This document shows, piece after piece, positions 21,365-31,849 of a stretch of 64,000 nucleotides of DNA (position 1 is the stretch's first letter; the number at the start of each line of letters is the position of its first letter). The notes below the pieces were generated by a model, which was given only the letters and a program-made list of their open reading frames with translations, made no database searches and was not told the origin of the DNA. Location of the stretch: positions 2,272,001 to 2,336,000 of the forward strand of contig OZ241892.1 in the NCBI GenBank assembly GCA_965203485.1. Reading direction: 5' to 3'. The position numbers and the translations under genes are program-made. This stretch comes from Longimicrobiales bacterium (GTDB taxonomy: Bacteria; Gemmatimonadota; Gemmatimonadetes; Longimicrobiales; Gaopeijiaceae).

Positions 21365-22905
21365 GGGAACGGCGGCGGCTCCGGCGGCGGGACGCGCGAT
21401 GCACGAACGTGGACGTAGAGGCAGGCGCGCGACGGGGAGGGGGCGGCGCGCGGGGCGGCCATCGCTCCCGGCACCCACAGGACGGGGCCCTCCGCAACCG
21501 CCACCACCGGCACGCCGGCGCGGCGGCGGCGCGGGACGCGCGCTTCGAGAAGCAGTTTCTTCACCTTCTTCCTTCCGTACGGCATCGCCACGCGGTCGCC
21601 GGGCTCCCACGGCCGCACCACGAGCTGCAACGATAGGTCCAAGCCGCCGAATCTCGCCATGTCCGGGAAGCCGGGAAGGGGGCGGCGGCCCCAGGCCACG
21701 TCGACGCGAACGCCCGCGTGCGTGTAGGCGGCCTCGCCGGCGGCGGTCGCGACGGCGACGCGCGGGCGGGCCGAGGAGCGGGTGGCCGGAGAGGGAGTCG
21801 TGCCCGTGGATGGACTGCTGGCGCCCGCGGCACGGGGCGGGACGGACGAACCAGGCGCGGCGGGCAGATGCGGGGCGGGCGCGGGCGGCGCGAGGAAGCG
21901 AAGCGTGCCGAGGTCGTGTTCGGCGACGGCGCCGCCGGGGAGGTCGAGGCGCCTGCCGCTCTGGGCGCCGCGAACGAAGCGCACCAGTGCGGCGGTGGCG
22001 CTTCGGCCGAGGCCGCTGCCGATTCGGGCGGCGGCGCGCCGGAGCACGAGCGACAGCAGAGGATCCGGGAGGCGGGCAAGCGCGTCGCGGTCCAGGGAGA
22101 GCGCCGGAGAGGCCGGGGTGGATGGGTCGGCTGGACGGGCCGGAGCGGCGTTCGGCGAGGCTAGGCCGGCGATGCGGTCGTCCAGGAGCTCGTCGAGCGC
22201 GCGGGCCTGGAGGCGGCTCGTCTCCGCATGGGCGGCAAGCGCCGCCCCGGCGCCGGGGACGGCGTCTTCCAGGGCAGGCAGGATGGTGCGGCGCAGGCGG
22301 TTGCGCACCCAGCGGGCATCGAGGTTCGAGGGGTCGTCGCGAAACGGCACCTGTCCGCCGCGGGCGAAGTCGCGGAGTTCCTTGCGCCAGAACGGCAGGA
22401 GCGGCCGCGCGACGGCCGGCGAACGCCAAGGGAGAATGCCGGCGAGGCCGGCCGGGCCGCTTCCGCGCGCGAGCCTGAACAACACCGTTTCGGCTTGGTC
22501 GTCGGCCGTGTGTCCCGTCGCGACGACGGCGCCGTGCCCGCCGAGCGCCTGCCGCGTCGCTTCGAGAAACCGATAGCGAAGCGCGCGTCCGTCGGCTTCG
22601 GTTCGCGCGGCGGAGGGCGCTCGGCCCACATGCGCGGTCACGTCCCATTTCCGGCAGATGTTCGCGACCCAGCGCGCGTCGTCTTCGCTCTCGGGTCTCA
22701 TGGCGTGGTCGAAGTGGGCCGCGTGCAACTCGGCGCCGCGCGGAGCGGCCCCGCAGAAGCGGAGCAGGTGGAGGAGGGTCATCGAGTCGAGGCCGCCCGA
22801 CACCGCGACGACCACCGTCCGCGCTCGCTGGAAAGGCGCCAGCGTCCCGACGTGCGCGCGGACCCTCGTCTCGAGGGCGCCGGGATCGATCTTGGCCGTC
22901 GCCAC
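21361..22905 (-). CDS. tilS: tRNA(Ile)-lysidine synthetase
   Basis: AVSGGLDS, HFDHAMR, TGHTADDQAET, DDPSN..RNRLR. Confidence 0.93.
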   Translation of the reverse strand: MATAKIDPGALETRVRAHVGTLAPFQRARTVVVAVSGGLDSMTLLHLLRFCGAAPRGAELHAAHFDHAMRPESEDDARWVANICRKWDVTAHVGRAPSAARTEADGRALRYRFLEATRQALGGHGAVVATGHTADDQAETVLFRLARGSGPAGLAGILPWRSPAVARPLLPFWRKELRDFARGGQVPFRDDPSNLDARWVRNRLRRTILPALEDAVPGAGAALAAHAETSRLQARALDELLDDRIAGLASPNAAPARPADPSTPASPALSLDRDALARLPDPLLSLVLRRAAARIGSGLGRSATAALVRFVRGAQSGRRLDLPGGAVAEHDLGTLRFLAPPAPAPHLPAAPGSSVPPRAAGASSPSTGTTPSPATRSSARPRVAVATAAGEAAYTHAGVRVDVAWGRRPLPGFPDMARFGGLDLSLQLVVRPWEPGDRVAMPYGRKKVKKLLLEARVPRRRRAGVPVVAVAEGPVLWVPGAMAAPRAAPSPSRACLYVHVRASRVPPPEPPPFP

Positions 22906-22906
22906 G

Positions 22907-23719
22907 TCAGCCGCCCCGGATTCGTCGTCCGAAGGTCGCCCGCAGCACCCGGTCGTACCAGCGCCGGGGGACGGCGCGCGCCAGCATCGCGGCCGGGGCG
23001 AGCTGCCACGGGAACGCGACGGAGGATTGCTTCGCCAGGATCGCATGCACGACTCGGGCGGCGGCGGGGTCCAGCTCCATCATGAAGGGCCGGGGCTGGT
23101 CGTCGGCGCTGGTCATCGCGGTGCGGACGAAGCCCGGATTGACCACGGTGACCGCCACGCCCGCCCCGCGGAGCTCCAGGCGCAGGCTCTCGAAGAAGGC
23201 GATCATGGCCGCCTTGGAAGCCGAGTAGGCGGCGCGCCCCGGAATCCCGTTCAGGCCGGCTAGGCTGGCCATCGCGACCAGGTGCCCCGAACCGCGGCGA
23301 ATCATCTCGGGAAGCGTGCGCTCCACCACGTGGACGGCGCCCATGAAGTTGACGGCCATCACCCGCTCCACTTCGTCGGCGTCCAGGTCCGCCGCCCGGC
23401 TCCGCGCCGCGACTCCGGCATTGGCGACTACGAGATCGATCGGTCCCAGCTCGACGCGGCAAGCCGCGACGGCATCGCTGACCTGCTGCGGGTCCGACAC
23501 GTCGCACCGATGCGCCGACGCCGCGCCGTGGTAGTCGTCGATGTCCCCCGCCACCTCCCGCAACCGCTCAACGCGTCGTGCCGCGAGGCCGACCGCGTAC
23601 CCTTCCTGGGCGAGGCGCACGGCCACGGCCCGACCGATTCCGGACGACGCGCCAGTCACGAAGGCGACGGGCCGGCTGGCCGCTCCCGTGGGTCCGTTCT
23701 GGCTGGAACCTGGATGCAT
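22907..23719 (-). CDS. Short-chain dehydrogenase/reductase
   Basis: TGASSGIG, NAG, YSASK. Confidence 0.9.
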   Translation of the reverse strand: MHPGSSQNGPTGAASRPVAFVTGASSGIGRAVAVRLAQEGYAVGLAARRVERLREVAGDIDDYHGAASAHRCDVSDPQQVSDAVAACRVELGPIDLVVANAGVAARSRAADLDADEVERVMAVNFMGAVHVVERTLPEMIRRGSGHLVAMASLAGLNGIPGRAAYSASKAAMIAFFESLRLELRGAGVAVTVVNPGFVRTAMTSADDQPRPFMMELDPAAARVVHAILAKQSSVAFPWQLAPAAMLARAVPRRWYDRVLRATFGRRIRGG

Positions 23720-24164
23720 TGCCGCCGCCGGCGGGAGTCTGGTGGACGCAACGGGGCCTCGGCTCGCCCCGCCCCAAATGTCGCGAAGCCGCGCAAACGA
23801 GGCCAATGGCCTTGCGGAGCCGGCGAGCGCCGCCGCCCCTGAAGCCTTGCAGGCTCGGCATCGAGGCGCCTCCTTTGGGACGCCTCGCGGCCAGTGGCGC
23901 GCCAGCCGGGAACGGCGCCAAGGGCCGTTGCGGAGCGGGCTCCGAGCGTTCCGAGCCCGGCTGCGCGCACCACGCTCATGTGCTATGTTCCCGCGTTGGA
24001 CGCCGCCGGGCATGCCGGTCCACGCGGTGGACGAGACGCGGCCTCGAGGCAGGTCGCGGAGCACGGCGTCGCCCCGCCCGCGCGGCGCGGCCGCCGTTGC
24101 GCTTCCGGCCGTTGCGCCTCCGTGCGCGCCTCCGCCCCGCCACCAACGGAAGAGGAGCCGCTCC

Positions 24165-25070
24165 ATGTCCGCGCTTCCGCTCAGGCCCCTTGGCTTCGGC
24201 GAGGTGCTGGACTATTCGTTTCAGCTCTACCGGAAGGACTTCGCGGCCTACACCTCGATCGCCCTGCTGGGTCTGTTGCCCGCCAAGTTCCTCGGCGTGC
24301 TGTCGCTGGACGCCTCGAACGAGATGGTGCTGAGCTTCACCGGCACCGGCGGGCTGGACTTGGCGGCGATGGCGTCCGCGCTCGGCATGAGCGCCCTCGC
24401 GATCCTGGCGGTGCTCGCGGTGGACCTGGCCCTGGCGGTCGGCATGGCCAGCGGTGCGCAAGGGCACGCGCCACCCGCCACCGGGTGGTGCTACCGGCGC
24501 GGCGCGAGGCGGTTGCCCCGGCTGGTGGCGTCGGGGCTCGTGGTCATGGCCGCGGTCGGTCTGCTTCTCGCGTTTTGGACCGCAACGACGATCCTCGCCG
24601 TCGCGTTCGTTGCGCGCGGCGGCTTGTGGCTGGCCGTGCCGACCGCAGCGCTCGGAATGGCTTGCGGAGTCCTGGCCGGGATATGGCTGGTGGCGGGCAC
24701 CGCGGTGCTGTTGCCCGTCGTGGCGCTGGAGGAGCACGGGCCGGCAAGTTCGTTGCGCAGAAGCTTCCGCTTGGCGCGGGGGGCGACGATGCGCACGGCC
24801 GCCGTGATCGCCGTGGCTGCGGTCATGATGTCGTTGCCGGCGGCGGCGGTGGCGACGTTCACGGGCACGTGGCAGCAACTGACCGAAGGCGCCTCGTCGG
24901 TCGTCGCCGCCAGCGGCGCGCAACGGTGGCTGTGGGAAGCCGTCGGCCTTCTGGTGGCGTCGGTCACCACGCCGTTGTGGGTGGCGTGCAAGATGCTGCT
25001 CTTCCACGACCGCCGCGTGCGTGCCGAGGGGTACGACATCGAGGCGGCCGCGGGCGCGCTCGCGAGCTGA
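24165..25070 (+). CDS. Multi-TM membrane protein of MoxR-associated cluster
   Basis: LRPLGFGEVLD N-terminus, SLRRSFRL, DRRVRAEGYDIE C-terminus. Confidence 0.7.
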   Translation: MSALPLRPLGFGEVLDYSFQLYRKDFAAYTSIALLGLLPAKFLGVLSLDASNEMVLSFTGTGGLDLAAMASALGMSALAILAVLAVDLALAVGMASGAQGHAPPATGWCYRRGARRLPRLVASGLVVMAAVGLLLAFWTATTILAVAFVARGGLWLAVPTAALGMACGVLAGIWLVAGTAVLLPVVALEEHGPASSLRRSFRLARGATMRTAAVIAVAAVMMSLPAAAVATFTGTWQQLTEGASSVVAASGAQRWLWEAVGLLVASVTTPLWVACKMLLFHDRRVRAEGYDIEAAAGALAS

Positions 25071-25073
25071 TCC

Positions 25074-25811
25074 GTGCCGCAGGATCCCGGACCTTCGCCG
25101 GACGAGATCGTCAGAGCGGTCGAGGCGGTCCTGAGCGGCCCCGAGTTCCAAGCGCGCGCGGTCGGCGTCCGCGCGTTGCTGTCGGAATGGATCGAGGAGC
25201 ATCTCTGGGGCCCGGTCCGCGCGATCCTCGAGACGTTGTTCGACGGCATGCCCGCCGGCGTCCCCGTGGCAGCGGCCGGCGTCGTCTTGGCCGCGGCCGT
25301 CTGGGCCGCGTGGCGCGCGGGCGCCGCATGGGCGGCGGCGCGGAAGCGCGGGCGGACGGGAGACCCGCTGGACGACGGTGGGCGCGCCTCGGTCCGCTCG
25401 CCGGACGATTGGACCCGCGTCGCGGCCGCGCGGGCCGGCGCGGGAAGGCTTCGGAGCGCGGCGACGGCTCTGTACATGGCGATGCTCGGGCGCCTCGACC
25501 AAGGGGGAGCGCTGGTCTTCCATGCCTCCAAGACGCCCGCCGAGTACGCCCGCGAAGTCGCGCGCGGGCCCGGCCACGCCGGAGCACATCGGTTCTTCGG
25601 CGCCTTTCAGGCGCTGGCCTTCGGGCGCGGAGAGCCGACGCCGTCCGCGTATCGCGAACTGGAGAGCTTGGCATGCGCCTCGGGCAGGGGAGCGGGCGAG
25701 GCGGGAGAGCCGCGCGCGGGGTGCGGCCGGCGCCGCGAACTCGCCGGCCTCGATGCGGCCGACGCGGCGGGGCGGCGGCTGGACGTGGCCGGCCCGGGAG
25801 GCCCGGCATGA
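25074..25811 (+). CDS. DUF4129-like protein
   Basis: TM followed by LY..L..LD..SKTPAEY motif; cluster context. Confidence 0.65.
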   Translation: MPQDPGPSPDEIVRAVEAVLSGPEFQARAVGVRALLSEWIEEHLWGPVRAILETLFDGMPAGVPVAAAGVVLAAAVWAAWRAGAAWAAARKRGRTGDPLDDGGRASVRSPDDWTRVAAARAGAGRLRSAATALYMAMLGRLDQGGALVFHASKTPAEYAREVARGPGHAGAHRFFGAFQALAFGRGEPTPSAYRELESLACASGRGAGEAGEPRAGCGRRRELAGLDAADAAGRRLDVAGPGGPA

Positions 25812-27040
25812 GCAGCCCTGCGCGGGCTGGGGCGTTGGGCGTCGCGCTGGCCGCGGCGCTGGGCGTGGGCACGTGGCTGGTGGGCGGAAGCGGGTACGTG
25901 GCGGGCGGCGTCCCCGTCCGGAGCAGCCTGCGGACCAGCCCGGACGGGGTCGCGGCGCTGAGCAGGGCCATCGCGCGGCTGGGCACGCCGGCGGCGCCGC
26001 GCATGACGCCGTTCGCCGACGCCGACTCGCTGCGCGGAACCCTGGTGGCGCTGGAGGTGGACGATCCCATCAGCCCACGCGAAGCAGGCGCGTTGCTCGG
26101 GTGGGTGCGGGCGGGCGGCGTTCTGCTGTACGCGCCGGCCCTGCCCCGCTCCGGCCTGCGGTTGGGCGGGGGGAGCAGCTCGGTCCAGCCGTTGCTCCTC
26201 GACTCGTTGGGGCTTGCAGCGCAACCTGCGGCGGCCGGCGGGCTCGCCCGCGGCCCACCGCCGGACCGGCTGGCCGCGCGCTGGGCGCCCCACCCGCTCA
26301 CGGCCGGCTTGGCGTCGCCCGGGCAGGTGCGCTACGTGGTCGTGGAGGATTCGCCGACACGCGAAGCGCCGACGTTGAGCGTCGACACGTTGTTGGCCGC
26401 GCCCGGGGCGGACCAAGAAGGCTGGGCCGCCGCCGTGGTCGCGCTGGGCCGGGGCCGCATCGTACTGTTCGCGAGCGCGGAACCGCTGGCCAACGGGCGG
26501 GCCGCCGAGGCTCCGCTAGCCCATCTCGCCATCCGAGCCGCGGTCGCCTACACGTCCCCGCCCGACACCGTGTTCTTCGACGAATTCCACCACGGCGTGC
26601 ACGGCCTGGGATCGCCCCTCGACGCGGCTTCCGGCTTCGCGCTGGGCACGCCCGCGGGGCGGGCCGTCCTCCATGGAGCGGTCGTACTCGTGGTCGCGTT
26701 GGCCTTCGCGGGCATCCGCTTGGGCGCACCCCGCGATCCGCGCCCGCAAGAGCGGCGGTCGCCGCTCGAGCACGCCTCCGCGCTGGCCAGCCTCTACGAG
26801 CGGGCCGGCGCGCGCAACACGGCGGCGGCGCTGCTGGCGGCCCGGCTGGCCCGGGAAGCGGGCCTGCCCGCTCCCCGCGACCCCGACGAAGCCGCGGCGC
26901 TGCTGGCCAACTTGGAGCGCAGGCGGGGCCCCAGCGCCGCCCTCGATCGCATCGGACGGGGGTTGCGGGCGAGTCCCCCGGACTTGGTGGCCGTCGCGGG
27001 CGGAATCGACCAGTACTCCGAAACGAACGCGCGCCGATGA
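25808..27040 (+). CDS. DUF4350-like protein
   Basis: SS..PDGVAAL, LLGWVRAGG, VFFDEFHHG, EHASALASLY; ATGA coupling. Confidence 0.7.
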   Translation: MSSPARAGALGVALAAALGVGTWLVGGSGYVAGGVPVRSSLRTSPDGVAALSRAIARLGTPAAPRMTPFADADSLRGTLVALEVDDPISPREAGALLGWVRAGGVLLYAPALPRSGLRLGGGSSSVQPLLLDSLGLAAQPAAAGGLARGPPPDRLAARWAPHPLTAGLASPGQVRYVVVEDSPTREAPTLSVDTLLAAPGADQEGWAAAVVALGRGRIVLFASAEPLANGRAAEAPLAHLAIRAAVAYTSPPDTVFFDEFHHGVHGLGSPLDAASGFALGTPAGRAVLHGAVVLVVALAFAGIRLGAPRDPRPQERRSPLEHASALASLYERAGARNTAAALLAARLAREAGLPAPRDPDEAAALLANLERRRGPSAALDRIGRGLRASPPDLVAVAGGIDQYSETNARR

Positions 27041-27984
27041 CGCCGACAGACGGAATCCGCCGTTTGGCGAACGAGCTGGAGCAAGTCGTCCTGGGCCAGA
27101 CCGAGATGGTGCGCCAGATGTTGGTGGCGCTGCTCGCGGGCGGACACGCCCTGGTCGAGGGCGTGCCCGGAACCGCCAAGACGCTCGCGGTGCGGGCCCT
27201 GGCCCGGGGGCTGAGCCTCGGCTTCGGCCGGATTCAGTTCACGCCGGACCTCATGCCTACCGACCTCGTGGGGGTGAACGTGCTGGACGAGTCCGGCCGC
27301 CGCTTCGAGTATCGGCCCGGCCCCGTCTTCGCCGACGTCCTCCTGGCCGACGAGATCAACCGCGCGCCTCCCAAGACCCAGTCCGCCCTGCTGGAGGCGA
27401 TGGAGGAGGGCCGGGTGACGGTGGACGGCGCGACGCGCCCGCTTCCCGGCGCGTTCACGGTGTTCGCCACGCAGAACCCCGTGGAACACGAGGGCACCTA
27501 TCCGTTGCCCGAGGCCCAAGTGGACCGCTTCATGATGAAGATCGCGGCCGGCTACCCGGATGCGGAGGACGAGGCGCGGATACTGGATCGCTACGACGAT
27601 GGATTTCGCGCGGGCGACGAGCGGACCTTCTCGATCGGCGAACACGTGTCGCGCGAACAGCTGTTGGAGGCCCGGCTCGCCGCGGACCGCCTTCATGTGG
27701 ACGAACGCATCCGCCGCTACGTGACGAGCATCGTGAGGGCCACCCGCGACGAGCCGACTCTGTCGCTGGGCGCAAGCCCCCGGGCGGGCGTGGCTCTCTA
27801 CCAAGCGGCCAAGGCGCAGGCGTTCCTGGAGGACCGGGACTACGTGACGCCAAGCGACGTGAAGGAGCTGTCGTTTCCCGTGCTCCGGCACCGGGTGATC
27901 CTGGCGCCGGAGGCCGAAGTGGAGGGAAGATCGTCGGACGACGAGCTCGCGTCCCTGCTCGAGCGGACCGAAGCGCCCAAGTAG
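27037..27984 (+). CDS. moxR: MoxR family AAA+ ATPase
   Basis: EGVPGTAKT, RIQFTPDLMP, DEINRAPPKTQSALLE, ATQNPVE, EGTYPLPEAQ, GASPR. Confidence 0.95.
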   Translation: MTPTDGIRRLANELEQVVLGQTEMVRQMLVALLAGGHALVEGVPGTAKTLAVRALARGLSLGFGRIQFTPDLMPTDLVGVNVLDESGRRFEYRPGPVFADVLLADEINRAPPKTQSALLEAMEEGRVTVDGATRPLPGAFTVFATQNPVEHEGTYPLPEAQVDRFMMKIAAGYPDAEDEARILDRYDDGFRAGDERTFSIGEHVSREQLLEARLAADRLHVDERIRRYVTSIVRATRDEPTLSLGASPRAGVALYQAAKAQAFLEDRDYVTPSDVKELSFPVLRHRVILAPEAEVEGRSSDDELASLLERTEAPK

Positions 27985-27986
27985 GC

Positions 27987-29288
27987 GTGGCGAGGGTCGT
28001 TCCCGCGGCGCGGGCCCTGTGGCTGTTCGGGGGTGCGTCCCTGCTGTTCCTGGCGTCGGCGGCGGGCGCGCTGGCGGCGGACGTGCTGGTCGCGGCCCTC
28101 GTGCTGGCGGACGCGCGGCGAGCCCGGATGCCCTCGGTGGCGCGCCGCGCACCCGCGACGCTCGCGTTGGGCGAGGCGGCCGAGGTGACGCTGGACGTCC
28201 GAAACGAAGGTCGCCGATTCGCTCGCGTGCGCCTGACGGACGACGTCGGCGCCAACCTCGAGCGCGCCGAATCGGGCGTCTGGGACCGGTACGCGAGCGT
28301 CGGCGTGCCCGCCGCCTCCACCGTCCGCCGCTCCTATCGCGTGCGGGCGCGCAAGCGAGGCTTCGCGCGCTTGGGTCACGTCCACCTTCGCGTCCGGGGC
28401 CCCTGGGGCTTGGCTTGGAGGCAGGGCGAAGTCGCCTGCAGCCAGGAAGTGCGCGTGCAACCGGGCATCGGCGCGTTGCGCGAGCGGCGGACGCACGCCG
28501 TGCGGCGGACGCTGGCCGAGGCCGGCCCCCGCAGAACCCGCCGCAGAGGCGAAGGCCGCGAGTTCGAGAGCCTGCGCGACTACGCTCGGGGAGACGACCC
28601 GCGCGCGCTCGACTGGAAGGCGTCCGCCAAGCGCGGCAGGCTGACGGTGCGCAGCTACGAAGCAGACCGGCACCAAAACGTGGTCCTCGCCATCGACGCC
28701 GGCCGGCTCATGCGGGAGCGCTTGCTCGACAGGGAGCGGGCCGACTACGCGTTGGCCGCCGCGCTGCTGCTCTCCACGCGCGCCCGCGCCTACGGCGACC
28801 GCGTCGGCGTGCTGGTCTTCGACGACCGCGTGCGCTACGTCGCCCCGCCCCGGCGTCCCGACCCCGCAGAGCTGGCCGAGACCTTGGCGGGCGTGCAGAC
28901 GCGGCTGGTCGAGCCGAACTACCCGCTGGCGATGGCCACGCTGGCCCGCACCTTCCGCCGACGGTCGCTCGTGGCGCTGTTCAGCGACGTGATCGACGAG
29001 ACGGTCTCGCGCTCGCTCGTGCGTTCGTTGGCCCGCACCGGCCGCGTCCATCTGCCGATGGCGGTGGCGATCCAGAACCCCAGCCTGGCGGAGGCTGCCG
29101 CCGCACCTGCGACGACCGAACGAGCGGCCTTTCGGCGGGCGGCGGCCGAAGAGCTGGTGCAGGCGCGGGCCGCCGCGCTTGCAACGATGCGTCGCTCGGG
29201 CGTCCTCGTGGTGGATGTCCGTCCCGGCGACACCATGGCGCGCACGCTCGACATGTACGCGGAGGTCAGGGAACGAGGACTGCTGTAG
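27987..29288 (+). CDS. DUF58 domain protein
   Basis: EFESLRDYARGDD..DWKASA, AIDAGRLM; follows moxR. Confidence 0.88.
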   Translation: MARVVPAARALWLFGGASLLFLASAAGALAADVLVAALVLADARRARMPSVARRAPATLALGEAAEVTLDVRNEGRRFARVRLTDDVGANLERAESGVWDRYASVGVPAASTVRRSYRVRARKRGFARLGHVHLRVRGPWGLAWRQGEVACSQEVRVQPGIGALRERRTHAVRRTLAEAGPRRTRRRGEGREFESLRDYARGDDPRALDWKASAKRGRLTVRSYEADRHQNVVLAIDAGRLMRERLLDRERADYALAAALLLSTRARAYGDRVGVLVFDDRVRYVAPPRRPDPAELAETLAGVQTRLVEPNYPLAMATLARTFRRRSLVALFSDVIDETVSRSLVRSLARTGRVHLPMAVAIQNPSLAEAAAAPATTERAAFRRAAAEELVQARAAALATMRRSGVLVVDVRPGDTMARTLDMYAEVRERGLL

Positions 29289-29344
29289 GCTGAACGCGCC
29301 TCTTCGGGCAAGCCGGAGCCGGACGGCGCGGCGCCACTTGAGTC

Positions 29345-29835
29345 GTGAGGGATTCGGCGCGCGGCGGCGAGGCGGTGGGCCAACCGGATTCGGCGCACCC
29401 TGCGATCGAGGACGAAGACGTGGTGTCCGCATCGGAACGGGGCCGGGTGATGACGCGTACGCCCGAAGACTACAGGACCACCACCGGCTGGACGCGCTCG
29501 ATTTTCGTTCGCCAGATGGAGGACGGCGACATTCTGACCGTCGTGAAGGTGTGGCCCGAGAACGTCGCCGCGGGCGCGAGCGCCGAATGGCTCGTCGTGT
29601 CGCCGGACGGACGCATCTTGGCCCGCACGCCCGTCGCGAAGGCGTACCACGTCCGGAACGCGACGCCCGACGGCCATTGTTTGGCGGCATATTGGGACGG
29701 CGACTCGCCGCAGACGGCGGTGGCCAAGCTGGACGTGGACAGTGGCGCCGAACCGGTGAGTCTTCCGGCTCGGCGTGCTGGCGGGCGTCTCGGGCAACGT
29801 CGACGTTGGACGAGCCAAGGCCCGGAGGGCCGCCG
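29345..29835 (+). pseudogene. Possible gene remnant (beta-rich, propeller-like C-terminus)
   Basis: WLVVSPDGRILAR-type segment, no clear start, frame runs into the opposite-strand gene. Confidence 0.3.
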
Positions 29836-31632
29836 TCAGCTCCTGCGGGTCGCGGCGGCGGTGCGCCCCGCCATGCCGAAGTACAGCGCCAAGCCGGCCG
29901 CGCTTGCCGCGCTGAACGCAAACTTGGCCGCGGAAGGCAACCCGGAAGGCGAGTAGAATCCTTCCACCAAGCCCGCCGCCAGCAGCAGCAGCGCGGCGCA
30001 ACCCAGCGTCGAGAGCGATCGGCGGGCCTGTTCCGCCAACGCCGCCCGCCGAGTGCGCCGACCGGGAAGCAGGACCGCCTTGCCCACGCCGAAGCCGGCG
30101 CCTCCGGCCAGGCAGATGGCCGTCAGCTCGATCACGCCGTGCGGCGCCACGAAGGCGAGCAGCACCGGCAACACGCCGGAGTTCGCGTAGATGCCGAACA
30201 CGGCGCCCAGGAAGACGCCGTTCAACACGAGGACGCAGGCCGTGCCGAGACCGCCCAGCACCCCGGCGGCGAAGGTCAGGAAGGCGACCTGCAAGTTGTT
30301 CGTCGCGACGCCCGACGCCAGCACCGCCATCGAGTTCGGCGACACGTCGACGTAGGCGGCCTCGGCGTCGCCGCGCGGCGTGTTCTCCACGCGGGCGAAC
30401 ATCTCGGCGGGCACCACGGACCGGCCGAAGCCGGGGTCGGCGCGGACGGCCGCATAGGTGGCCGCCCCCGATCCGAAGAGCAGCAGCGCCGCCAGCCCGG
30501 CGCCGAGCGCCTGCGCACGCGCCGCGCGCGGCAGCACGACGCCGACCCAGCGGGCCACCGAGGGCCCGGCGCCCCTCTGCGCCCGGTACAGCAGGTTGTG
30601 CCCGGTGCTCGTCCACTTCTCGAGACCGTAGAGCAACGACGGGGGCGCCCCGTAGGCCCGCGCCCGGGCCAAGTCCGCCGCCATGCCCCGGTAGAGGCGT
30701 CCAAAGCTCCGCACATCGCCCTCCGACAGGCGGGCCAACCCGCGCTTCCTGGCACGAACCACCAGACGGCCGTACGCGCTCCAAGCCGTGCTCCGCCCGC
30801 GCGCGAGGGCGGCAGCTTGGCGTCCCCAAGCGTCCGAGGCGCCGCCGCGGCGCGCGGCCTCCTCGCGGTGCAGGCGCTCCAGTCCGTCCACGAGTCGTCC
30901 GCGGCCGAACTCTTGGCCGGCCGCCGTCTCCGGCAACGCAGCCGCCACCTTCGCCGCGAGCTTGGCCCGAATCGGCGGGGCCAAGCCGTCCCTGCGAGCC
31001 ATGTAGCGACACAGCAACGCGAACTGCTCCTCGCCCAGCTGCGGACGCCCCTGCCCCGGCGGCGGAAGGGCCTCCTCCCACGGCGCCTTGCCCCAACCGT
31101 CGTCGCGGACGACGATCGTGTCGGCGGCCATGTCGCCCAAGCGTTGCGTGCGGCCGCTGCCCATCATGACCGCGCCCCCAAGCGCGCCCGTGATCCCCGG
31201 TTGCAAGTCCACCGGCCGAATCAAGTTGCGAATCACCGCCCCCCTCGGCGTGAGCGGATGGCCGGCCGCGTGAAGCACGCGCAAGCCGAGGAGGCGCTTG
31301 CCCGGAGTGCGCCCGTCCCACAGAGCCTCGAACCCCATGAAGTAGCCCCAGGCGAGGACGAACACCGCGACGATCATCGCGGAGAGCCCAAGTCCCTCCG
31401 CCAACCCTTCCCCACCTGCAAACGCCGCCACGCTCAAGAGCACCGCGCTCATCGCGCCAGCCAGCAATGCCGCGTCGGCCAGGAACGCGGCGAACCGCGA
31501 CCCCAGGTCCGCCAAGTCGTAGTCCAGGCGGACATGCTCCGGCGCCTCCAAGCGCACGCGCCGCCGCGCCCGGTCCACGGCCGAGCCGCCCGCCGTCGCA
31601 GAATCGCGCACCGATGATGAGTTCGCGGCCAA
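29836..31632 (-). CDS. RDD domain + stage II sporulation protein M (DUF95) fusion
   Basis: LADLGSRFAA, GRTPGKR, QRLGDMAADT; NNLQVAF, PHGVIEL, AGLVEGF; exact start uncertain. Confidence 0.85.
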   Translation of the reverse strand: MAANSSSVRDSATAGGSAVDRARRRVRLEAPEHVRLDYDLADLGSRFAAFLADAALLAGAMSAVLLSVAAFAGGEGLAEGLGLSAMIVAVFVLAWGYFMGFEALWDGRTPGKRLLGLRVLHAAGHPLTPRGAVIRNLIRPVDLQPGITGALGGAVMMGSGRTQRLGDMAADTIVVRDDGWGKAPWEEALPPPGQGRPQLGEEQFALLCRYMARRDGLAPPIRAKLAAKVAAALPETAAGQEFGRGRLVDGLERLHREEAARRGGASDAWGRQAAALARGRSTAWSAYGRLVVRARKRGLARLSEGDVRSFGRLYRGMAADLARARAYGAPPSLLYGLEKWTSTGHNLLYRAQRGAGPSVARWVGVVLPRAARAQALGAGLAALLLFGSGAATYAAVRADPGFGRSVVPAEMFARVENTPRGDAEAAYVDVSPNSMAVLASGVATNNLQVAFLTFAAGVLGGLGTACVLVLNGVFLGAVFGIYANSGVLPVLLAFVAPHGVIELTAICLAGGAGFGVGKAVLLPGRRTRRAALAEQARRSLSTLGCAALLLLAAGLVEGFYSPSGLPSAAKFAFSAASAAGLALYFGMAGRTAAATRRS

Positions 31633-31633
31633 G

Positions 31634-31707
31634 TGCCGGAGGAGGGACTCGAACCCCCGACACGCGGATTATGATTCCGCTGCTCTAACCGACTGAGCTA
31701 CTCCGGC
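31634..31707 (-). tRNA. tRNA-Met(CAT), elongator type; CCA not encoded
   Basis: GCCGGAGTAGCTCAGTCGGTTAGAGCAGCGGAATCATAATCCGCGTGTCGGGGGTTCGAGTCCCTCCTCCGGCA folds as a cloverleaf; G1-C72 paired, so not initiator. Confidence 0.93.
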
Positions 31708-31849
31708 GAGGGTAGCCAAAGCTCCCGTAACGGCACCGGCGTGTCAAGCCGGGATTTGGTCGGCGCCGGGAGGCGTCGGGCCGGGTCTTAGTTCGGACTC
31801 AATGGACGCAAGCATTCCGCTTCCGATTCCCGTCCAGCGTCGCCCGCTT

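Noticed and set aside
24165..31632. MoxR/DUF58/DUF4350/DUF4129/RDD-SpoIIM cluster as a novel system
   Set aside because: This is a widespread, already recognised gene neighbourhood.
31634..31707. tRNA as initiator Met or Ile2, or as an integration site
   Set aside because: The 1-72 pair is matched and there is no GGG/CCC anticodon stem, so it is not the initiator; the sequence looks like elongator Met, though Ile2 is not strictly excluded. No integrase or duplicated 3' end was seen.
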